From: a virus
Virus record (IMG/VR): IMGVR_UViG_3300018476_000013
Location: 1-64,000 of that record
Length of the DNA: 64,000 nt
Strand: one strand, 5' to 3'
Shown here: one piece after another, positions 43,030-53,100 of the stretch
How positions within the stretch are numbered: position 1 is the first letter of the stretch
How the letters are laid out: every line of letters begins with the position of its first letter
The notes under the pieces: generated by a model
What the model saw: the letters and a program-made list of their open reading frames with translations, nothing else
Told to the model about the DNA's origin: nothing
Databases searched by the model: none
Made by a program: the position numbers and the translations under genes

Positions 43030-43467
43030 ATGGCTTTGACTGTTCTGAATGGTCCCGTGATCGAGGCCGGAGAGTCTTTATCCGAGGGCCTCGATTGTCG
43101 TGGCGGGCAATTGGTCCGCATCACCATGCCGCAGGAGTGGAGTGATGATGCGCCGTTGACGTTTGAATTCTCCACTGATGGTGTTTTCTACAATGATATG
43201 TTCGACCTCAAGGGTTTTGCTGTCACCATCGAAAAGGTAGTGCCTGGTAGTGGTGTGATCATCCCTGCCGATGTTGGTCGTGCTATTGCATTCATCAAAT
43301 TTCGCAGTGGCACCCGCGGCAATCCGGTAGTGCAGAACGAACAGCGTTATTTCGCGGTGACCCTGGTGACCGATGATGTCGTTGCTCCGCCGGCGCGCAG
43401 TGCAAGCAAGCGGAAGAAAGCACCGACGAAGAAGTCGGCTGTGAAGAAAAAGAAAACGGGTCGATGA
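43030..43467 (+). CDS. Hypothetical virion-associated protein
   Basis: NGPVIEAGESLS..LDC; basic tail. Confidence 0.65.
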   Translation: MALTVLNGPVIEAGESLSEGLDCRGGQLVRITMPQEWSDDAPLTFEFSTDGVFYNDMFDLKGFAVTIEKVVPGSGVIIPADVGRAIAFIKFRSGTRGNPVVQNEQRYFAVTLVTDDVVAPPARSASKRKKAPTKKSAVKKKKTGR

Positions 43468-43616
43468 TTGTCGTCGTGCGTGATGGGGCAATTGCGCTCT
43501 ATACATACGACACGGATACCAAGACCGAGGGGCTGTCTCCAGCGAAAGCCGATATCGAAGATATCAGAACAGCATTGCGTGAGGCATTGGAGTTTATCGG
43601 GAGTGATCCGCCATGA
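43464..43616 (+). CDS. Hypothetical protein
   Basis: ATGA-coupled; read from the sequence. Confidence 0.4.
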   Translation: MIVVVRDGAIALYTYDTDTKTEGLSPAKADIEDIRTALREALEFIGSDPP

Positions 43617-43792
43617 CCGACGATGAAATCCGTGACTGCATTTCGATCTTGGAGCAGCAGATCAAACGGCGCAATCAACCGAAATTGTGGGATCTGATCG
43701 AAGAGGCCGAGGCCATCCTGGATGGTAGGGGCACGGTGTTGAACCGCACGCAAGTGGAGCACGACCTTGAACGTGAGTTGCTACTTCTGTAA
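43613..43792 (+). CDS. Hypothetical protein
   Basis: ATGA-coupled; read from the sequence. Confidence 0.45.
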   Translation: MTDDEIRDCISILEQQIKRRNQPKLWDLIEEAEAILDGRGTVLNRTQVEHDLERELLLL

Positions 43793-43830
43793 ATGGCTTG
43801 CTCGATATCTAAATCATTGGAGATGGTGGC

Positions 43831-43992
43831 ATGGCGGAAAAAATCTACATGTGGATCGCATGGCATCTGCCTCGAACACTCGTGATGTGGTGCGCAGTTC
43901 GCATTGGCGCGCACGCAACACAAGGTGAATACAGCAATCAAGAAGTGCCGGCGCTGTCGTTCATGGATGCATTGAAGCGATGGGAAAAATAG
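43831..43992 (+). CDS. Hypothetical protein (IAWHLPR...ALKRW)
   Basis: Read from the sequence; abuts the portal ATG. Confidence 0.5.
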   Translation: MAEKIYMWIAWHLPRTLVMWCAVRIGAHATQGEYSNQEVPALSFMDALKRWEK

Positions 43993-45411
43993 ATGGCCTA
44001 TCAATTCTTCGACACCTTCCATAATTTCTTAAGCGGCCTTGGTGTCCAGGGCCGCGATAAGATGACGGCCTTTTCTTACGTCAAGCCGATATGGACCCGC
44101 CAACAACTCGAAGCATCTTTTCAATCAGACTGGATTGCACGCAAGGCCATTAGCATTCCGGCCCAGGATGCAACGCGTGAATGGCGGTCGTGGCAGGCCA
44201 AGGGCAAACAGATCGAACAGTTGGAAGCCACAGAGAACAGGCTGCAGGTCCAGTTGAAATTGCAGCAGGCACTGACCAAGGCGCGTCTGTATGGTGGTGC
44301 GTGCATCTTGATTGGTGTCGACGGCAACATGTCGAAAGAACTGGACCCTGCCACCATCCCGAAAGATGGTCTCAAATATCTGCATGTCCTGGCACCGCAT
44401 CAATTGACCGTCGAGAGATTGGTTCATGATCTTGAGTCGCCGTATTATGGGCAACCTGAATATTATGAATTGTCCGACAACATCAGCCGCACGAAGAGCG
44501 TCAAGATCCACCCATCACGGATGGTGCGATTGATCGGTCTCGACCAACCTGATCCCATGGAAGGGTCAGGATGGGGTGATCCAGTGATGCAGGTTATTCA
44601 CGACAGCGTCAGTGCCGCAGGCACAGTGATGCAATCCATCGCAGTGTTGGTGTCAGAAGCCAAGCTGGATGTGATCAAGATCCCTGGTCTCACCGAGATA
44701 TTCAGCACCACTGAGGGCACCAATCGCCTGGTGAAAAGATTTACTGAGGCCAATGTCGCGAAATCAGTGGTCAATGCCCTGATCATGGATGCCGAAGAAG
44801 AATGGCAGCGAATTGGTGTCAATTTCCAGGGAATGCCTGAGGTCCTGCAGATGTATTTGCAGATGGCCGCGGGCGCGGCCGACATCCCCGCAACACGCTT
44901 CTTGGGTCAATCGCCTGCCGGATTGAACAGCACAGGCGATAGTGATCTGCAGAATTACTATGATCGGATTGCTTCTGATCAGGAATTGCGCCTCACACCG
45001 GCGCTTGAGAAACTAGACAAGGCCATCATTCAATCTGCCCTCGGCAAGACCGATGAGAACATCTTCTACAATTGGAATTCGTTGTGGCAGATGACGGATG
45101 CTGAAAAAGCCGACATCGCCAAGAAGAAAGCCGAAGTGGTCAAGATTGATGTGGATTGTGGGCTGATCCCATTCGTTGCTCTGGCCAAAGGCCGATCCAA
45201 TCAGTTGATCGAAGATGGTACCTATCCTGGCTTCGAGGCTGCATTGGAAGAAGAATTAGCTAAGCAAGATTTTGCTGAACGGGAAGAAGAGGCGATCATC
45301 AAGGAAGAGGAAGCGGCCAAGCAGGCTGCTGAAATCGCCAAAGCGGGTAAGGAAGAGGAAGATCCTGAAGAGCCGAAGAAACCCGCCAAGGAAAAAGTAC
45401 CAGCCGAATGA
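43993..45411 (+). CDS. Portal protein (DUF1073 family)
   Basis: ARLYGG, IHPSR, GAADIPATRFLGQSPAGLNSTGDSDLQNYYD. Confidence 0.9.
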   Translation: MAYQFFDTFHNFLSGLGVQGRDKMTAFSYVKPIWTRQQLEASFQSDWIARKAISIPAQDATREWRSWQAKGKQIEQLEATENRLQVQLKLQQALTKARLYGGACILIGVDGNMSKELDPATIPKDGLKYLHVLAPHQLTVERLVHDLESPYYGQPEYYELSDNISRTKSVKIHPSRMVRLIGLDQPDPMEGSGWGDPVMQVIHDSVSAAGTVMQSIAVLVSEAKLDVIKIPGLTEIFSTTEGTNRLVKRFTEANVAKSVVNALIMDAEEEWQRIGVNFQGMPEVLQMYLQMAAGAADIPATRFLGQSPAGLNSTGDSDLQNYYDRIASDQELRLTPALEKLDKAIIQSALGKTDENIFYNWNSLWQMTDAEKADIAKKKAEVVKIDVDCGLIPFVALAKGRSNQLIEDGTYPGFEAALEEELAKQDFAEREEEAIIKEEEAAKQAAEIAKAGKEEEDPEEPKKPAKEKVPAE

Positions 45412-46336
45412 TGGACAACCCCCAATGAACATGATGATCCTCGATGATCGTCGGCGAGATCCAACGCGAAGCAGCGGGATACGGCGGCATGGTCGGGGTG
45501 TCATCAATCGGCGGGTCTTCGAATTGCACAAGGGCTTGCGACAGGCTATTCAAGAACAAGATGTCATCGGCCTGAAAGAAACACCCTCACAGTTTCTTTC
45601 CTGGGTGGAGAACAACGCACAGAAGATCGGCCGCACAGAACCCGTGATGCAACGTCTCGTCGAGTCATCCGTGTCACAACCATCTGATTGGCTGACAGAG
45701 ACCATCACTGCCGCTGTGTTCAGAGGTGTGGCGCAGGCTCTTCGAGAGCTGAAGAACGATCAGCAGTTACTCGATCCGTCGGAGGTCATCGAATTCCATG
45801 GCCTCAAGACAGCCCATGAAGTGCAAGGCATAGGGTGGGAAACCAAGCGACGGTTCTTGCGGCATGTCGGTAATGCGTTGGAAAAGAAACAACGGCCGGC
45901 AGAACTGATGCGGGAGATGCGGGCCACATTGGAAAACGTAACTCGCCGGCGCTTGATACTCCTAGTCAATACGGCAGTGGTTGGTGCACTCAATGCTGGT
46001 AAGCTGTTGGCTTATCGTGAAAACGGTATTCTGCAAGTGGGTATTGAGCCTGAATGGTTGCCTGCTCCTAATCGGCATTCTGTTGGTGATCGTCGGCATT
46101 CCATGGGCCATTCTCACCGGCATCATTTACGCGACGAAGCACTTGTTAACGTACTGACCGCAGGTGATGATGACGTCTGCGATGAGTGTGAAGACATCGC
46201 GGGTGATGGTCCGTATGATCTTGAAGAGGCCGCGGGCTTGATCCCTGCCCATCCCAATTGCCGTTGCGCCTTTGTGCCGTTCGGAGATCGTCGATTTGCT
46301 GAAATCGAAGAACAGCGAGAACGAGATGACGATTGA
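45408..46336 (+). CDS. Head morphogenesis protein (Mu gpF / SPP1 gp7-like)
   Basis: DPTRS; TAGDDDVCDEC; IPAHPNCRCAF. Confidence 0.85.
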
Positions 46337-46682
46337 ACGCGGCGAAATGCCAACAGGTAAAGATCGACAATCAGCACTCGAGCAGCCGACCCCGTTGACT
46401 GTTGAACCTGTCGTTCTGACGAACGAGACCTATCCGCCGATCAGATCCACCCCCACAATTATCATCATGGAGAAAGAAATGGGCCGTCGTTTTACAGTGC
46501 TTGATGACTTCACAAGCGAAGAGACAGCATCGGATTACGTTGCCGGGTTGTCCTATGAAGCCCGTGATGAGGACGAGAAATTGCTCGGCCTGATCGATCA
46601 GTGGATCAAAGAGGGCAAGGTACGCGAGGGCGGACCCGAGGCCCAGATGACTGGCGGTGACGCCGAAGAAGACGATAAGTAA
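46326..46682 (+). CDS. Hypothetical protein
   Basis: ORF; start uncertain. Confidence 0.5.
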   Translation: MTIERGEMPTGKDRQSALEQPTPLTVEPVVLTNETYPPIRSTPTIIIMEKEMGRRFTVLDDFTSEETASDYVAGLSYEARDEDEKLLGLIDQWIKEGKVREGGPEAQMTGGDAEEDDK

Positions 46683-46718
46683 GATCCCCATTTTCCTTTC
46701 CAACCAGGAGTAACACCA

Positions 46719-47096
46719 ATGGCTGTGACCCATCCTGCCGCCGTCCGTACTGGCATGGCGGATTTTGTCGTCGATCAACTTGACCTCAATACACCACCTG
46801 GCAAAGTGGTCATGTTGACCGCGGCCAGTGCTGTGGTGGCGACATTGACGCTAGCCAATCCGGCATTCGGTGCAGCAGCTGCTGGTGTGGCCACTGCCAA
46901 CACCATCGCGGCAGATACCAACGCAGTAGGTGGCACCATTGCCAAGGCCGAATTGCGCCAGGGCAATGCCACGCCGATCATCCTTTGCAGCGTCACAGCA
47001 ACGGGTGGCGGCGGTGATATCCAGCTCAACTCAGTGGTGATTTCTGCTGGTCAACAGGTATCGCTGACCTCATTGACGTATGCAGCCCCAGCATAG
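46719..47096 (+). CDS. Small virion structural protein (fibre base/adaptor candidate)
   Basis: AGGAG RBS; Ala/Thr/Val-rich; directly precedes the giant fibre gene. Confidence 0.65.
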   Translation: MAVTHPAAVRTGMADFVVDQLDLNTPPGKVVMLTAASAVVATLTLANPAFGAAAAGVATANTIAADTNAVGGTIAKAELRQGNATPIILCSVTATGGGGDIQLNSVVISAGQQVSLTSLTYAAPA

Positions 47097-47149
47097 TGTC
47101 ATCCCTTGCGACACCTGCCATCTGTGCTGCAAATTGAAAGGGGAGTGAT

Positions 47150-50100
47150 ATGCCGCTTCCCGTCACTATCACCGGCATAAGCACGGCGGTCGCACCGGTT
47201 GGGCCGTTTGCTGTCGCACCAAAGATGGGGCCGCTCGTTATTAGTACGGCGCTCGGCAATCTCATCACGAGCATGGGGTCTTCAGCAAACGGTACGGAAC
47301 GAGTTGGACAGGTTTTCACTGTTGGAGAGAATGGTGGAAGTCTTGCGTCTGCCCAACTGTTCTTGCAGAAGGTCGGTGCGCCAACAGACAACATTGTCGT
47401 CAATGTCTACAAGGCGGATGCTGCCGGTTTGATCCCGACAGGGGCATCGCTTGCTACAGCTAGCGTACTAGCATCAACCGTCGTGAACGGCAGTTGGATT
47501 ACCTTCACGTTCGCGACACCGCTCGCGCTCACTGCGAATACCAAGTATGTCCTGACCGCCCAACGCAGCGGCGCGATAAACACTTCGAATTACGTTAGTT
47601 GGTACGGCGGGGCAGACACGTATCCCGGTGGCTACTATTGTGTCTACTACTCTACAACCGGAAAATGGACAACAGAAACGCCGTACTTCAACGGCCACTG
47701 CATGTTGCTTCAGCTATTCGATGCTGGTGTTGGCACCTCGACATTGATCACAACGACTGTGGCGACCGCGCTCACACCATTCGGCAACGCGGCTAGGCCA
47801 CAGGTCGGGCAGACATTTACAACGACCGGCGATCTATCCATCACCAAGATCGGCTTCCGGCTTAGGAGAACGAGCGGTAACACCACCGATCAGATCGCAG
47901 TTGATATCTACGCGACAGATGCGGGTGGTTTGCCGACAGGCCCGTCGCTTGGGCGCGCCGCTGGGCCGACCAAGTGGATATCAACGTCACGCAGTGACGA
48001 GTATTCATTCTGGTTCGATGCCCCTATCGCCCTCGTTGCGGGGAAATATGCGGCGGTGCTGTCGCGCACTGGGTCAACAGACGAAGCAAACTATTTTAAT
48101 CTTCTAGGCGCATCGACAGATGTTTATGCAGGCGGGTCGCTGGTGTCGTTCAACGGCACAAGCTGGAGCGCAACTGCATCGTCGGATGGCGCACTGAAGA
48201 TCACCTATCTCACAGTGCCGACTTATTATCTGTTTGGCTTTAATGACATTGGTGGCTCTGATGGCAGGCGGCTTGTTACTCTGAAGGCCGATGATCCTTC
48301 ATCAGAATGGACGTTGATAAATAGCTTGCCGACAATCGGCAACACGCCGATCTATCAAATGGCAGGCTATCAGGTTGGCGGCGTTTTCCACATTCTGTTG
48401 AGTCAGTCAGGCTCCCCAACTATCAACGATGTCCGTTATTGCAAATGGGATTCCGCGACTGATAGTTGGGCTGTCAACAATGAAACTGTTGTCGCCAACG
48501 TATCGATGACGGGAACGACTTTCGCCCAATCGAATGGTGTTTCTTTAGTTGTTCGATCAACCGGTGATGTGGTTGCGTTCTATAACGGTGCATCAAGCAA
48601 CACATCAGGCAAGCCTTACTGCCGGTTGTACTATCGCATTCGCAGCAATGCCGGCACATGGGGCACAGCGGTCAGGGTCGATGCCAATACAGCGTTTGAC
48701 AATACTAGTCCTGAAGCCGTCCTGGGTGCCTCTGACATTGTTCATTTTCTGTGGGCGATCTCTTCTAGTATGCAGCATCGGGCTTTGTCGGCTGCGAACG
48801 CTCTGCAAACCGCCTCGACATACAGCATAACCAGTTGGGCACCAGAACAAGCCATTTCATATTCTAGTGCAGGTGTGACCAAAGTTGTCGCCGTCTCAAC
48901 AAATGCGGCCAATAGAAATACGGCAGTTCGTTTTGACAGCGGGCTCACCCCAACACTGGCAGGGACCTCTACTGGTAACAATGCTAATGCCCGGACGCCA
49001 AGCCGTATTTTTAACAATGGAGAAACACTTCACGTTCTCGAGTTACTTACAACCGCTAGTGATCTTAACATTACGTCATCAACTGACCATGGAGCCACTT
49101 GGTCCGCTCATATGGTAGCTTTTGCCGGGACAGTCGCTACATCTAGTACCAACCTTTCCAAAGACGCTACTATTTACCAGCGCGACAACAATTTTGTCAT
49201 CCCCTACCTCGTCAACGACAACGGGATATGGAAATACAACGAGTATGATGTCACGCCGCCAACAGTGGATGCGTGGAATAGAGCCGACAAATCTGCCAAC
49301 ATCACGTTATCGAACGCTGACAAGACCGCAATCGTTTCTGCTACGGGAGCTAGTGGTGTTCACTCGACGCAAACCCAGATGTCAGCGACAGCAGGGAAAT
49401 ATTATGCCGAATTAAAAGTTGAGGCGGTCGGCGGCCAGCTTGGCATGCAGATGACGGCCACTGATGAGACCAACGCTGGTTTCGCGAACAGCTATTATGT
49501 CGGCACTGACGGAAGGATTTGGTCTTCCACACAAGTTGTAGGCACTGTCGGCAGCGCCCTTGTTGCTGGAGATGTTGTCTGTCTGGCTACGGATTTCGGT
49601 GCCAAATTATATTGGTTCAAGAAAAACAACGATTTCTGGAATAACAGCGCTACGGCTGACCCTGCAACCGGCGTTGGCGGATTGGCTTCTTATGGTTCAG
49701 CGTTTCCATTCTCGCTTTGGTTTGGTGGTGGCGCAATAGGTTCTGGTGCCACTATCCGCACCGAGCTTGCCGATTTAACCCTACAAGGACCGGCCGGCTT
49801 CACAACATGGATGGGCGAGGTCATCCCGCTGCCGTCCATTGCCGATGCATGGAACGTCAATGACGTTGGCGTTGACGTTTCTCAAAATCTATCTAACGGC
49901 GACAAGACCGTGACAGCGACCGGCGCGGGTACTGGCGCAGCCAGATCGACGCAAAAAAGGGTCAACGGTCAGGCAGGTTTGTACTACGCGGAATGCCGTG
50001 TTGATCAACCTTACCTTCGTTTCGGGCTAAAACTCGTTACAAGCGCCATCGCAAGTCAAACTGCGGATGCGTTATACGTCAGCGACCAAGGACTTGTGCT

Positions 50101-53100
50101 GTTCAATGGTGTCACGCAAATCAATCTTGGAAGGCAGCCTATTGCAGGCGACGTAATATCGATTGCGTGGGACAGCGGGGCAGAGAAATTTTGGGCTCGG
50201 ATCAACGCGCTCCCTTGGAATAATAACGTAGCGGCTGATCCGGCAACAGGAGCTAATGGATTAGATGCGTCAGTTGCCATCGCTGGCGATTGGGCGCTTT
50301 GGTTTCAGAGTGGTGTCGCTTCTTCCGCCGGGACCATCCGCACCGAGAAGGATGAATTTACTCAGAGCACACCGGCAGGCTTCCTGTCATGGATGGGCGA
50401 GACCCTTGTCATTCCTGACATGGGCACCTTGGTTTCTGGTGCTGCATCCATCACTGGTGTCGGCGACGTTACATGGGCGGGGACAGGTAACCTTGCTCCG
50501 CAACCTAGTACAGTCATTGGATTAGCTGCTTCCCGTTCAACCGGCACTGGTGCGTTGGTGGCGGTTGGATATACGCGTACCAATCTACTCGCTCGCTCAC
50601 AAGAATTCGACATGTGGGCGGCTGAGAATGCGCTTCGCACAGGCAATACGACGACAGCGCCTGATAGCACGTTGACGGCAGATACGCTATCGGACGGCGT
50701 GGCCACCGGCACACATTACCTCTATCAACAAAATCTTCCTGCAACAAGTGGGGCGAATTATACATTCTCTGTTTACCTGAAGGCGGGCACCCTTAATTGG
50801 GCGCAGGTGATGCTCATCACACCCAATGTGCGTTGGGCAAACTTCGATCTTTCAACAGGCACGCTTGGACAGAAAGAATCCGCAGCCGTCACTGCGTCCC
50901 GTACCTATGTTAGTGATGGATGGTGGCGTTGTTCTGTTACCGCTACCCTGCAAGCCGGTACTAACTACATCGGCGGCTTCATTGCCCTGAAACAGGCAGA
51001 TGTTGTTTTCTCCCAGCAACACACTGGCACTGGCGCGACCTTCTATGCTTGGGGCGCACAGCTTGAGCGGGGTGATGTCGCGACGGCGTACATTCCAACA
51101 ACAACCGCCGCCGTCACTATTTCAGAAACACTCATTGGCACCGGCACCGTAAGCTGGAATGCAACTGGTGCGTTGAAATCTGGCGAATCCCGCACCAACT
51201 ACTTGGTGCAATCGCAAGCCCTCGCGTTCTATCCGCCGTGGAATACGCTGCGTCTCGTCGTCACCGACAACGTCGTAGCTGCGCCAGACGCGACGATGAC
51301 AGCGGAAAAGCTAGCCGACACTGCCGTCAACGATTCGCATTACCTGATGCAATACGTGGACACGGTTGCAGAGACCTACACGTACTCATTTTTCTTCAAG
51401 AACAACGATCACACCGGCTGGGTGCAGTTATCATCAGGCGGTGGTTGGGCGAACTTCAACATCGCGACTGGTGTTACAGGTTTAAAAGTCGGAGTGACCT
51501 CGGCAATCGAGCCGCTGGCAGATGGTTGGTATCGTTGTTCGATAACCGGCGCGATGCCGGGGGGCTCGTCAATCAACTTCAACATTTACCTGATGCTAGC
51601 TGACGTTTCGTCGCGGCTCTACCTTGGAAGCGGTAAATCAATTTATGCGTGGGGCGGTCAGATAGAGCGCACGCCTGCTCCGACAGCTTACATTCCGACA
51701 ACAACTGCACCTGTAACTATCGGCAATTCACCACTTCTAACTGGTGCTGGTGTCGTCACTACACCACCTGCTTATGGTACGGGCGCACTGACCACGAGCA
51801 TTGCTGGTCTTGCTGGACTAGGTATCTCCAGTTCGGTTGGCACGGCGCCATTGGTTGCGGCAGGAAAGACCCGCATCAATCATTTCTTGTACTCGCAACA
51901 GTTTGATATCGGCACATGGACGAAGGCCGCTAGTGTCATCACTGCTGAAAATGCGATTGCACCAGATAACACGCTGACGGCAGATCTTCTGACGGATACC
52001 GTTGCGAGTGCTAACCACTACATGATGCAAAGCGGCGTCGGTTTTACGGCGCCAATAGGCACCAACACATATTCGATTTACATCAAATCAAAGACGTTGA
52101 CATGGATACAGCTACGGGTCTCTGACATAGATACCTTCTGGGTCAACTTCAATATCGTCACTGGTGCGAAAGGGCTAGACTCGGCGAATGGTCTTACGAC
52201 AATTATCACGCCGGTAGGCAATGGCTGGTATCGTTGTTCGGTAACATTTCCGCATCCTCAAACTAACTGGAATGCGAATTGTTTCGTCATCATGCAGGTG
52301 GCGGATGAACCGATATCCAATTTTGTCGGCACCGGATTGTCAGCCTGGTTGTGGGGTGCGCAATTTGAATTGGGCGGGCAAGTCACCGCTTACATACCGA
52401 CAATAAACTCAGTTGTATCTGTCACTGATGTCTTGACTGGTGTTGGCCTCATAGACAACACGGGCACTGGTGTCCTGGTTGTCACGCAGCCCGCTACACT
52501 CAGTGGCGAGGGCGGCATACAGTGGAATGCTACTGGTGTGCTGGCATCCCATCCAGCAACCGTGGTCGGTGTCGGCAAAGCTGTTGATCCTCCGACCACC
52601 GGCACTGGCGCACTGATATCACTGGGTATTGCTGCGGTCGCAGGCACTGGTACATCGGCATCGATTGGTGGATCGATCGCCAATGATCTTGTGATCTATG
52701 GCGGCACCAAGAACCAATATACATGGGGCAGGACTAGTGTCAGCGGCATTGGGCAGGTCTTTATCGCTACCGGTCCGGTGATCACACAAGTAACGCCGTA
52801 TATCGGGAAAGTCCTTACGCCGACCGACTCAGTAGTGGTGAAGCTTTATACTTCGGCTGGTGGTTTACCAGGGACATTGCTCGGTACTTCAGATCCGATC
52901 CTCGGATCAGACCTGCCAAATTCTAATTCATTGCCGGTGACGTTTACGTTCCCGACGCCGATCCCAGTCCAGAATGGCACTTCATACGTCGTTACATTCA
53001 CGCGCACGGGCGCGTTCGATGCCAACGGTTATTATCTGAATGGCTACGTCTCCTCCAGTATTTATGCTGGCGGCGGAATGATAACGATGAGCAGCGGCTC

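Noticed and set aside
43993-45411. Anti-CBASS (Acb1) function for the DUF1073 gene
   Set aside because: Size, motifs and position after terL indicate a portal protein; no phosphodiesterase HxT motifs evident
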